Assembly (NCBI GenBank): GCA_963662315.1
Contig: OY759353.1
Span: 4,096,001-4,160,000, forward strand
DNA length: 64,000 bases
Source: Geopsychrobacteraceae bacterium
Lineage (GTDB): Bacteria > Desulfobacterota > Desulfuromonadia > Desulfuromonadales > Geopsychrobacteraceae
Direction: 5' to 3'
Shown: positions 51,550 to 61,206 of the stretch, piece by piece
Numbering within the stretch: the stretch's first letter is position 1
How the letters are laid out: every line of letters starts with the position of its first letter
Program-made: the position numbers and the translations under genes
The notes under the pieces: model-generated
The model's input: the letters and a program-made list of their open reading frames with translations, nothing else
Database searches by the model: none
Told to the model about the DNA's origin: nothing

Positions 51550-52870
51550 CACTGCTGTCCGGTTAATAGCTGAATAAATCCAGCTGGTTACTATCAGGGA
51601 GATCTTGAATTTGCTTGAGAGCATCAGCAACCAGTGAAGAAATGGGCTTTTTCTCAAACAAATTGACCTCCAGGATCTGTAAAAAAGTGTAGAGCTCACA
51701 CGGGATTTTGAGCTTTTTCTTCGCAATAACAACCAGAAGGTAAATGCACAGCGCTACCCATATCTGGCTCTTTACGCCGTTGATCGATGTCCCGTAAAAC
51801 GATTTGATCCGCAGGTGCTGCTTAACCCATTTGAAAAACAGCTCTACCTGCCAGCGCTGCTTATAGACTTCGGCAACTGTAGCTGCTGAAATCGTAAAAT
51901 TGTTGGTCAAAAAGACCAGGTGTTTATTTCGATCTTTGTCAACATAACTGACCCGGCGGAACTTTTCCGGATAGTCCTTTTTCGATTTGGGAGTGACTAG
52001 GACAATCGTCTGGTCAGCTTTGATTCCGGCTGACTTGTCTTTGTCTGCGGAATAAAGTCGCCTGTAACGCAAATTGTCTTTTGCCCTGATGACGAAGAAA
52101 CCTCCTTGTTGATGCAGCGCATAGAGTCGCGAGAAGTCGGTATAGGCCTTGTCCATGGTGTAAATGGCATTCTCTGTTACCGGCAGAGAATCCAACATTC
52201 GGACATCATGTACTTTGCCTGTTGTGACGGCGACATAGGTCGGAATGGTTCCTCGCAGATCAAGCAGAGTATGCATTTTAACCGCGGACTTCGTCGTTTT
52301 GTATTCTGCCCATGGGAATAGAGACAGGCACAGATCAATGGTCGTTGAATCAAAAGCATACAGTGGCTGGCCAAGTTCAAGGGCAAATGGTTCGTCACAG
52401 TAAAGTTGCTGCGCCATGTGTATTAGAATATGGCCGAAGTCCTGAAAGATGCGCCAGTCCCTGCGCTCACTGGCATCTGCCAGAGTTGAGCGGGACACGG
52501 AACCGCGAAAGCCGATGTGGTAAAGCTTCTCTCGGTGAGAGTTCAAGCAGGTTTCGATATCTCGCAAGCTTTCACGGCTGGCCATTTGGGCATAAGCGAG
52601 GCACAGAAATTGATCGAATGTCGAAAACTTTCTGGCTCTGTAATCGCCCCGATAACGGTGAACGCACAAATTGAAATCGTGACGTGGCAGAAACTGCAGC
52701 AGTTGCCTGAAAACGGTTTGGCCTGAATTCATCGATACCTCCTGCGATAATGGATGGTATCTCCCCATATTCATGGGGCGAATTCAAATCGAAAACGGAA
52801 CAGTTATGTCAAAGAACAATTATTATCAGTAACTTACAGCACTATCCGACTTTTTAACCGGACAGTAGTG
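51550..52870 (-). mobile_element. IS4-family insertion sequence, apparently intact
   Basis: 17-bp terminal inverted repeats CACTGCTGTCCGGTTAA / TTAACCGGACAGTAGTG (16/17); 9-bp target duplication ATCTGAAAT at 51541-51549 and 52871-52879. Confidence 0.92.
51563..52732 (-). CDS. IS4-family DDE transposase with DUF4372-type N terminus
   Basis: MNSGQTVFRQLL, AFDSTTIDL, MDKAY, YKQRWQVELFFKWVKQHL (YREK motif). Confidence 0.93.
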   Translation of the reverse strand: MNSGQTVFRQLLQFLPRHDFNLCVHRYRGDYRARKFSTFDQFLCLAYAQMASRESLRDIETCLNSHREKLYHIGFRGSVSRSTLADASERRDWRIFQDFGHILIHMAQQLYCDEPFALELGQPLYAFDSTTIDLCLSLFPWAEYKTTKSAVKMHTLLDLRGTIPTYVAVTTGKVHDVRMLDSLPVTENAIYTMDKAYTDFSRLYALHQQGGFFVIRAKDNLRYRRLYSADKDKSAGIKADQTIVLVTPKSKKDYPEKFRRVSYVDKDRNKHLVFLTNNFTISAATVAEVYKQRWQVELFFKWVKQHLRIKSFYGTSINGVKSQIWVALCIYLLVVIAKKKLKIPCELYTFLQILEVNLFEKKPISSLVADALKQIQDLPDSNQLDLFSY

Positions 52871-53087
52871 ATCTGAAATCTGAAATTTCAAATTTGAGAT
52901 TGCTGTCGCGCAAGATTGCGCGACAGCTTGGCGGCTGGGCCTTTTCTTTACAGGAAACCGATATAAAAGGCACCCGTCACCTGACGGAAAAATCGAAGGA
53001 CTCATATCATCGGCAAAAGGACGCTGACAAGCTCCTGGCCGAGCTTGACCATAATTATCAACAGCAATTTCAGTCGTGGAAAAAACG

Positions 53088-53726
53088 ATGAGTTATCAAG
53101 AAGATGACTACATTATGCTGTCGGCCTTACAGCATTTTATCTATTGCCCAAGACAGTGTGCGCTGATTCATCTGGAACAGCAGTGGGTCGAAAACCGCTA
53201 CACGGCAGAGGGCAAAGTTCTGCATGAGCGGGCCGACAGCAGTAAAAACTCCCGGCAGGGGAGTATTCGTTATGTTCGCTCTTTGCCTATCTGTTCACAG
53301 CGGCTCGGTTTAAGTGGTCAGGCGGATGTTGTTGAATTTCATGATAACGGTACCGTCTTTCCCGTAGAGTATAAACGGGGCCGCCCAAAACAAGATCGTT
53401 GTGATGACGTTCAGTTATGCGCGCAGGCTCTTTGTCTGGAGGAGATGCTCAATATTGATATCGCTAAAGGTGCCCTGTTTTATGGTCAGAAAAAGCGCCG
53501 TAAAGAAATTGTATTTGACCATGAGTTACGGCAACTGACCAAGGATATCTGCCATGCCGTCCATACGCTGCTGGAAAAGGGAAAAACTCCCCCAGCGGTC
53601 TATTCCGCCAAATGTGACCAATGTTCTTTGCTGTCGATCTGTCTGCCGCATAATTGCGGGCAGCGGCAATCGGTTGAACACTATATGAAGCGTATGTTGG
53701 GAGGGATTCATGCGGAAGATGCTTAA
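53088..53726 (+). CDS. cas4: CRISPR-associated exonuclease Cas4
   Basis: LSALQHFIYCPRQ, GQADVVEF, PVEYKRG, QLCAQALCLEEM, C-terminal CxxC(5)C. Confidence 0.95.
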   Translation: MSYQEDDYIMLSALQHFIYCPRQCALIHLEQQWVENRYTAEGKVLHERADSSKNSRQGSIRYVRSLPICSQRLGLSGQADVVEFHDNGTVFPVEYKRGRPKQDRCDDVQLCAQALCLEEMLNIDIAKGALFYGQKKRRKEIVFDHELRQLTKDICHAVHTLLEKGKTPPAVYSAKCDQCSLLSICLPHNCGQRQSVEHYMKRMLGGIHAEDA

Positions 53727-54741
53727 TACGCTCTATGTAACAACACAAGGGGCCTATCTGCACAAAGAAGGAGAAACTGTTGCGGTTCAGGTCGAGCGCG
53801 AAACCCGGTTGCGTTTACCCATCCATACCCTCGGCTCGATTGTTTGCTTTGGCAATGTCTTGTGTAGCCCGTTTTTGTTGGGGCATTGTGCCGAAAACGA
53901 CGTTGCCGTCAGTTTTATGACCGAATACGGTCGTTTTCTGGCCCGAGTCCAGGGGCCGGTTTCCGGCAATGTTCTGCTGCGCCGTGAACAGTATCGACAA
54001 GCGGATTGTTTGAAGTCTTCGGCCTCACTGGCAAGGATGTTTGTTATTGGTAAAGTTAGCAATGCCAGAACAAGTTTGAACCGGGTGCTGCGTGATCATG
54101 CTGAGAAGACAGATGCCGAAGCCTTGTCCTTGGTTTGCCAACAGATTTCTCGCTATGGGCAACGGTTATTGCAGGAAGACGATCTTGATACAGTTCGTGG
54201 TATTGAAGGGCGGCTGGCCCGTGATTATTTTGATCATTTCAACAATCTGATTGTTGCCCAAAAGGATGATTTTGTATTCTCCGGTCGCAACCGGCGGCCG
54301 CCCTTAGACCCTATAAATTGTCTTCTTTCTTTTGCTTATGCACTCCTTTATCACGATGCCCGTAGTGCCCTTGAATCTGTTGGACTCGACCCCGCTGTTG
54401 GGTATTTGCACCGTGATCGTCCTGGGCGTTACGGACTGGCCCTTGATTTGATGGAAGAGTTTCGGCCAATGCTGGCAGACCGGTTGGTTCTGTCACTTAT
54501 CAACTTAGGGCAGGTAAAAAAGAAGGATTTTACTATCACAGAATCTGGTGCTGTCCGTATGGATGATGATACGCGCAAAACTCTTCTTGTTGCTTATCAG
54601 AAACGCAAACAGGAAGAGATTGACCATCCATTTCTGAATGAAAAAATACCGGTTGGTATGCTGGTATTTGCCCAGGCGCAACTGTTAAGCCGTTATCTAC
54701 GTGGTGACCTGGATGCCTACCCTCCTTTTTTATGGAGGTAA
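53710..54741 (+). CDS. cas1: Type I-C Cas1
   Basis: LNTLYVTTQG, GNVLLRREQY, RGIEG, RNRRPPLDP, GYLH..LALDLMEEFR. Confidence 0.96.
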   Translation: MRKMLNTLYVTTQGAYLHKEGETVAVQVERETRLRLPIHTLGSIVCFGNVLCSPFLLGHCAENDVAVSFMTEYGRFLARVQGPVSGNVLLRREQYRQADCLKSSASLARMFVIGKVSNARTSLNRVLRDHAEKTDAEALSLVCQQISRYGQRLLQEDDLDTVRGIEGRLARDYFDHFNNLIVAQKDDFVFSGRNRRPPLDPINCLLSFAYALLYHDARSALESVGLDPAVGYLHRDRPGRYGLALDLMEEFRPMLADRLVLSLINLGQVKKKDFTITESGAVRMDDDTRKTLLVAYQKRKQEEIDHPFLNEKIPVGMLVFAQAQLLSRYLRGDLDAYPPFLWR

Positions 54742-54744
54742 GCC

Positions 54745-55035
54745 ATGATGGTCCTTGTCAGTTACGATGTTGCAACTATGGATCGTGCTGGTGCCCGGCG
54801 TTTGCGCCGGGTCGCGAAGGTTTGCCAGAATCACGGTCAGAGGGTTCAATATTCAGTTTTTGAATGCTTGGTGGATCCGGCCCAATGGACCGTGATGCGC
54901 CAGCAGTTGGTTGAAATTATTGACGATGAGCAGGATAGCTTGAGGTTTTATTTTTTAGGAGCAAACTGGCGGAAAAGGGTGGAGCATGTTGGGGCTAAAG
55001 AATCTATCGACCAGGAAGGCCCTTTGATCATTTAG
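54745..55035 (+). CDS. cas2: Cas2
   Basis: VLVSYDV, GQRVQYSVFEC, DSLRFYFLG. Confidence 0.96.
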   Translation: MMVLVSYDVATMDRAGARRLRRVAKVCQNHGQRVQYSVFECLVDPAQWTVMRQQLVEIIDDEQDSLRFYFLGANWRKRVEHVGAKESIDQEGPLII

Positions 55036-55209
55036 CGAACCCCAAGTGGTTGCTGTTTTCCCGGAGGGTTCGCGCATAAGGTAGATCTTTGAAAATAGAA
55101 TGAAAAGAGAACTGTGCTGTAATGACCAATGATATTTTGAACCAGAAATAAACTGGTTCGCAGAAATGAAAAGAAAAGAAATGCAGAATCATGCTGTTAG
55201 CAGCATGCA
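55036..55209 (+). promoter_or_regulatory. CRISPR leader
   Basis: AT-rich region between cas2 and the first repeat, with GCGAACC..GGTTCGC and a second GGTTCGC motif typical of I-C leaders. Confidence 0.75.
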
Positions 55210-58200
55210 GTCGCCCTCCCTGCGAGGGCGTGGATTGAAACACTAAAGAACGCCATTATTTGCCCCGTCTCGCTGTCGCCCTCCCTGCGAGGGCGTGGAT
55301 TGAAACACGAAACCTGCGCATCTTGTCTTTCTTCCGGAGCGTCGCCCTCCCTGCGAGGGCGTGGATTGAAACATTCATGGCAATTTGGTAGCCGGTGTTT
55401 TGCAAGCGTCGCCCTCCCTGCGAGGGCGTGGATTGAAACGTCTACCGACCTGGTCGCCCTCCCTGCGATTACGTCTACCGAGATTCCTAAGTCATGAACA
55501 CGCAGGGTCGCCCTCCCTGCGAGGGCGTGGATTGAAACGTCATCATCAACGGTTGCGAAGCGTTCCTCGCGGGTCGCCCTCCCTGCGAGGGCGTGGATTG
55601 AAACAATGGTAAGGGTTGCAACACCGGTGGCGATGCTGTGGTCGCCCTCCCTGCGAGGGCGTGGATTGAAACAAGTTCGGTACAGAACGCATCGTCAACA
55701 GCTTCGGTCGCCCTCCCTGCGAGGGCGTGGATTGAAACTCCTTTCCCAGCCATACTAACCGGGCAAAAAGCCGTCGCCCTCCCTGCGAGGGCGTGGATTG
55801 AAACAACCGGTGCTTGTGGCTTGGTGTGTCCGGTGCGCGTCGCCCTCCCTGCGAGGGCGTGGATTGAAACAATGTCATGACTAAAGACATTTCTGCAAAC
55901 GCCGTCGCCCTCCCTGCGAGGGCGTGGATTGAAACAGCTAGAAATGTGTTTTGTGAAGATCAACACTCAAGTCGCCCTCCCTGCGAGGGCGTGGATTGAA
56001 ACCTTTTTCAGGGAGTGTTAACCGTGGCGATTACGTGTCGCCCTCCCTGCGAGGGCGTGGATTGAAACAAGAGATATATAGCTATTTGTGTGGATATTCA
56101 CAGTCGCCCTCCCTGCGAGGGCGTGGATTGAAACTTTCTTCCGGGTCGGTAATCCCTGCCAGACTGATGTCGCCCTCCCTGCGAGGGCGTGGATTGAAAC
56201 TCAAAATCAAAAGAATTATAAAGAGCAAAAATATGTCGCCCTCCCTGCGAGGGCGTGGATTGAAACAAGCTTAACGAACCAAGGCCGGAAACTATATGTT
56301 GTCGCCCTCCCTGCGAGGGCGTGGATTGAAACCATTGATTTGTGCGGGAACGGTAGCGGAACAAAGGTCGCCCTCCCTGCGAGGGCGTGGATTGAAACTT
56401 AACTATTACGGTGGTGACAAAATGCGAGAATACAGTCGCCCTCCCTGCGAGGGCGTGGATTGAAACAAAACTAACAATTTAACATTAAGGGGTCTAATCA
56501 TGGTCGCCCTCCCTGCGAGGGCGTGGATTGAAACAGTAGAGGTGGTAGAGGATGATATGCCAGTGACAGTCGCCCTCCCTGCGAGGGCGTGGATTGAAAC
56601 AAAAAAATTAACGCCTGCCGAGCAGAACGCCTACGTCGCCCTCCCTGCGAGGGCGTGGATTGAAACAAAAAAATTAACGCCTGCCGAGCAGAACGCCTAC
56701 AGTCGCCCTCCCTGCGAGGGCGTGGATTGAAACCCTGATCCACCATCTACAACGAGAATTTTTGGCGTCGCCCTCCCTGCGAGGGCGTGGATTGAAACAA
56801 ATGATAAAGATGTGCGTTAATCTCTGGTATCGAAGTCGCCCTCCCTGCGAGGGCGTGGATTGAAACCAGATATTAACGAGTCCGTATAGAACCATAACCT
56901 GTCGCCCTCCCTGCGAGGGCGTGGATTGAAACTCTAACCTGTCGTAATCCGCTAACGCTTCCTCGACCGTCGCCCTCCCTGCGAGGGCGTGGATTGAAAC
57001 ATGGTCAAGCGCTGCCGCTTGAACCACCTACCTGGTCGCCCTCCCTGCGAGGGCGTGGATTGAAACATAAACACCGTCACGACTTCCGGCCTTAATCCTC
57101 GTCGCCCTCCCTGCGAGGGCGTGGATTGAAACGTCAATATAAAAACTCTTTTTTGGGGCCTTTGAGTCGCCCTCCCTGCGAGGGCGTGGATTGAAACATC
57201 TTGAAGGATTGAAAAGCGGTGAGGCTGCAAGTCGCCCTCCCTGCGAGGGCGTGGATTGAAACATGCTTGGCCTGAAGGGTTACGCTTGGGATCAGACGTC
57301 GCCCTCCCTGCGAGGGCGTGGATTGAAACTGTTTTATTGCTGCTAAAGATCTTGATATTGTCCGTCGCCCTCCCTGCGAGGGCGTGGATTGAAACTGGCC
57401 AACACGGAACTGACCGAACAAGAGAGAAGTCGCCCTCCCTGCGAGGGCGTGGATTGAAACGCAGAAGACGAATTCCGATTAAACAAGACGCCAAAGTCGC
57501 CCTCCCTGCGAGGGCGTGGATTGAAACTGATGCGTTCCGTGATGCCGACCATGAGGCGAAACGTCGCCCTCCCTGCGAGGGCGTGGATTGAAACTGGGAT
57601 GACTACCTTGTATACGCGGTTGAGCAGTGTCGCCCTCCCTGCGAGGGCGTGGATTGAAACACCATAGAGACGCAGCAATGGCTTTGTCTAAAGAAGTCGC
57701 CCTCCCTGCGAGGGCGTGGATTGAAACCCCTCGAAGAATGTGATTACTCCGCTTTCCCTCTGTCGCCCTCCCTGCGAGGGCGTGGATTGAAACTCAGGGT
57801 CCTTAATTCCCTCGTCGGCCCCCGACCCGTCGCCCTCCCTGCGAGGGCGTGGATTGAAACAAGGACAAGCCTTGAACGGGTCCCCAGTCGCTCGCCCGTC
57901 GCCCTCCCTGCGAGGGCGTGGATTGAAACACACATGCACTACCGACGGCCATTTAACGACGACGTCGCCCTCCCTGCGAGGGCGTGGATTGAAACGGGGT
58001 TGTGTCGTCCCAGATTGCGCCCGGTGCTAGTCGCCCTCCCTGCGAGGGCGTGGATTGAAACAGTGAAAGCAGTAAGCGTAATTTAAAGCGCACAGGTCGC
58101 CCTCCCTGCGAGGGCGTGGATTGAAACTGTTGTCTGGGTTGACAGCGGGCTTGATAGCTGCGTCGCCCTCCCTGCGAGGGCGTGGATTGAAACTCGTCCG

Positions 58201-58797
58201 TGTCGTCTCCGTCGGTTATAGCCACATCGTCGCCCTCCCTGCGAGGGCGTGGATTGAAACTGTCAGGTATGGGGTGACAAGAGCAAACCGATTTTCGTCG
58301 CCCTCCCTGCGAGGGCGTGGATTGAAACGCGCCTCATCAACAGACCGCACCACACCAGCGCAACGTCGCCCTCCCTGCGAGGGCGTGGATTGAAACATGG
58401 CGTTATCCTCGTAAAAATACCCGGTGGGTAGGTCGCCCTCCCTGCGAGGGCGTGGATTGAAACGATTACCGACCAGAAGGCCATGACCACCTCGCTGGTC
58501 GCCCTCCCTGCGAGGGCGTGGATTGAAACAGGTGGTACAGGTCTGGACGAAGGTCAGCGAACTGGTCGCCCTCCCTGCGAGGGCGTGGATTGAAACCTTG
58601 CGGAGTTCCGGAGTCATATCAATCTTGCCACCGTCGCCCTCCCTGCGAGGGCGTGGATTGAAACCACATCGCCCGTCAAGGCAACCGTACCGGTTTTGTC
58701 GCCCTCCCTGCGAGGGCGTGGATTGAAACTCGGTCAATCTTTTTTTGTTGATCGACCACTTAAGGTCGCCCTCCCTTTATGGGAGTATTTTAAAAAC
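55210..58797 (+). CRISPR. Type I-C CRISPR array, repeat GTCGCCCTCCCTGCGAGGGCGTGGATTGAAAC (32 bp)
   Basis: Hand count: 53 full repeats (55210-58729), spacers 33-37 bp, one internal partial repeat (55453-55468) and a degenerate terminal repeat (58765-58797). Confidence 0.98.
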
Positions 58798-58843
58798 TCA
58801 GAAAAGATATTTTGGTGAGGGGGAAGTGCTTGTTGGCAAGGTC

Positions 58844-58893
58844 GCAATAAAAAAGGCTTGAGACCCATACCGGATCACAAGCCTTTTTATTGC
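58844..58893. terminator. Bidirectional terminator between the array and uraA
   Basis: GCAATAAAAAAGGCTTG...CAAGCCTTTTTATTGC. Confidence 0.8.
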
Positions 58894-58914
58894 ACTGCAC
58901 CTATTTCAGCTTAA

Positions 58915-60234
58915 TCAGTGCGGCCGCCCTTTGGGCAGGATCAGGTTGAGGATGACGCCAACTACGCCAGCCAGTCCGATACCGCCTAATTTGACAATAG
59001 CCAGGTCAAAGTTCATGCCGCCAATCCCGAACACCAGGATGATGGCGACAATGGCCAGGTTGCGTGCTTCCATGAGATCTGTCTGGGCTCTGACCAGGGT
59101 ATTGATACCAATAACTGAAATGGCACCAAACAAAAGAACCATAATTCCACCCATTACCGGAACTGGAATGGTATTCAGGAAACCGCCGAGTTTACCGACA
59201 AAGGCCAGGACAATGGCAGTGATCGACGCCCAGGTCATAATCGCCGGGTTGAAACTGCGGGTCAAGGCAACAGCACCGGATACTTCGGAATAGGTGGTAT
59301 TTGGTGGCCCGCCGAGCATGGCAGCGAGGCTGGTCGCAATACCGTCACCCAGCATGGTGTTCTTAATGCCCGGATCTTCGACGTAATCCTTACCGGCGAT
59401 ACTGCTGATGGCAAGGATATCGCCAAAGTGTTCGATAGCCGGTGCAATAGCGATGGGTAGAATATAGAAGATCGCTTCCAGGTTCCAGCTTGGGAAGGTA
59501 AAGTTTGGCATGGAGAACCAGGGGGCTTCAATCACTCTCTGAAAAGAAATCAGGTTGGGAGCGGTCCAGTTCTGTAGTGTGCCCGGATCAAAGACGGCCT
59601 GGGTTGAGGCGCTGAAGCCGCTCATATCGAGAATGATCGAGGTCAGGTAGCCGGCAGCGATACCGCTTAAAATCGGAATCAGTTTGAACATGCCACGACC
59701 GAGCAATGATACAAGGATGGTCACGATCAGGGCGACACCGGCAACAATGTAGGCGGTATTCTGCGGTACCAGCCAGGCGACCCCGTCACCGGTACGTCCC
59801 GAGGCCATGTGGATGGCGACCGGGGCCAGGTACAGGCCGATAACCATGATAACCGGCCCGGTGACCACGGGTGGCAGCAGGCGATGCAGGACTCCGGAAC
59901 CAAATACTCGAATAACCCCACTTAAAACTGCGTAAAACAGACCTGCTGCGACCAGTCCGCACAGGGTGCCGGGAACCCCCCACTGTTTGACGCCATAGAT
60001 AATCGGTGCAATAAAGGCAAAACTGGAGGCCAGGAATACCGGAACCCGGCCGCGGGTGATCAGCTGAAAAACCAGGGTGCCAAGGCCGGCGGTAAACAGG
60101 GCGACGTTGGCGTCAAGCCCGGTCAACAGCGGGACCAGAACCAGAGCACCAAAAGCAACGAACAGCATCTGGGCGCCAAGCAGACAGTCTTTCAGTCTGA
60201 AGTTGTAATCAGTTGGGGCAGGGGACTGATTCAT
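58915..60234 (-). CDS. uraA: Uracil permease (NCS2 family)
   Basis: GAQMLFVAFGALVLVP, SSFAFI, EHFGD, GGPPNTTYSE; follows upp. Confidence 0.9.
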   Translation of the reverse strand: MNQSPAPTDYNFRLKDCLLGAQMLFVAFGALVLVPLLTGLDANVALFTAGLGTLVFQLITRGRVPVFLASSFAFIAPIIYGVKQWGVPGTLCGLVAAGLFYAVLSGVIRVFGSGVLHRLLPPVVTGPVIMVIGLYLAPVAIHMASGRTGDGVAWLVPQNTAYIVAGVALIVTILVSLLGRGMFKLIPILSGIAAGYLTSIILDMSGFSASTQAVFDPGTLQNWTAPNLISFQRVIEAPWFSMPNFTFPSWNLEAIFYILPIAIAPAIEHFGDILAISSIAGKDYVEDPGIKNTMLGDGIATSLAAMLGGPPNTTYSEVSGAVALTRSFNPAIMTWASITAIVLAFVGKLGGFLNTIPVPVMGGIMVLLFGAISVIGINTLVRAQTDLMEARNLAIVAIILVFGIGGMNFDLAIVKLGGIGLAGVVGVILNLILPKGRPH

Positions 60235-60306
60235 TGAATCCTCTCCATGACTATAGTGGGTTTATTGGTGTGTAACGATAATCTGGTCAATTTTGGGACA
60301 GAATAC

Positions 60307-60933
60307 TTATTTGGTGCCAAAGATTTTATCCCCAGCATCACCAAGACCGGGCAGGATGTAACCTTGCTCGTTAAGGCGTTCATCTATCGACGCAACATAA
60401 ATATCGACATCGGGATGAGCGTCCTGAATACGTTTGAGGCCTTCCGGTACCGCAACCAGAAACAGTCCGCGAATGCTTTTGCAGCCGGCTTTTTTCAGCA
60501 TATCAATACAGGCATGCAGGGAGCCGCCGGTGGCCAGCATCGGATCCAGGATGAGGGCGGTACGGTCTTCCATGCTGCTGGTCAGTTTTTCAAAATAGGT
60601 CACTGGTTCGAGGGTTTCCTCGTTACGGTACAGGCCGACAACACTGACTTTAGCGCTGGGGATAAGATCCAGAACCCCATCCATCATGCCCAGTCCGGCC
60701 CGTAAAATAGGAACGACGGTAATTTTTTTACCCTTGATACGCTCAACTTCTACCGGTCCGCACCAGCCATTGATGGTCTCCGGCTCAGTTTCCAGATCTT
60801 TGGTCGCTTCGTAAGTCAACAGCCGGGCAACTTCCGAGGCAAGTTCCCGAAAGTCCTTGGTGCTGATGTCATTCTGGCGCATCAGGCCAAGTTTGTGCTT
60901 GATCAGGGGATGGTTCGCTTCAAAAACCGCCAT
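60307..60933 (-). CDS. upp: Uracil phosphoribosyltransferase
   Basis: [37 protein letters not shown]. Confidence 0.97.
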   Translation of the reverse strand: MAVFEANHPLIKHKLGLMRQNDISTKDFRELASEVARLLTYEATKDLETEPETINGWCGPVEVERIKGKKITVVPILRAGLGMMDGVLDLIPSAKVSVVGLYRNEETLEPVTYFEKLTSSMEDRTALILDPMLATGGSLHACIDMLKKAGCKSIRGLFLVAVPEGLKRIQDAHPDVDIYVASIDERLNEQGYILPGLGDAGDKIFGTK

Positions 60934-61206
60934 TGGTTATACTCCTTACTCTGGTTGGAAATAATAGACAACTTAACGGGGCAGAATAGAATCATCAGCG
61001 TGGCGTGGTCAAGAAAATAGGCGGATAAAATTTGCTCGAAGTGAAAGCTGCCGGGCATGATTATAAAAAGCTCCTTTCCTCGGGGAGTTGGATTGCGCTA
61101 TAGTGTACAGCTTTGTTTTGATTTGAATCTGCGCCCGGCTTAGACAGCGAACTGCTGGTTGACGGCTTATGATGAAATACCGATTTATCTGAAGGTTATT
61201 TAGAGA

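Larger units (their letters stand above)
51264..53091 (+). pseudogene. Four-helix-bundle protein (23S rRNA IVP/Avd-like, TIGR02436 type), split by IS4
   Basis: FEDVPVWK..DIANQIQRAALSVPNNIAEGFERG..FLYYAKGSAGEVRS; joining 51264-51549 to 52880-53091 restores one 165-aa frame (..FNHLKS|EISNLRLLSRKIARQL..). Confidence 0.88.

Noticed and set aside
51264..53091. Diversity-generating retroelement suggested by the Avd-like gene
   Set aside because: No reverse transcriptase and no template/variable repeat pair with adenine-specific differences; the 71-bp repeat pair is non-coding and its differences preserve a stem.
57205..57215. GGATTGAAA inside spacer 30, matching the repeat end
   Set aside because: A 9-nt match in a normal-length spacer; compatible with chance.
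58128..58161. Spacer resembling liv substrate-binding gene sequence near 24930 (GTCTGGGTTG)
   Set aside because: Only about 10 nt match, so not self-targeting. I saw no full spacer match in the window by eye; an alignment would be needed to exclude one.
55028..58737. Many ORFs with repeating VALPARAWIET / FQSTPSQGGR peptides
   Set aside because: Translations of the CRISPR repeats.
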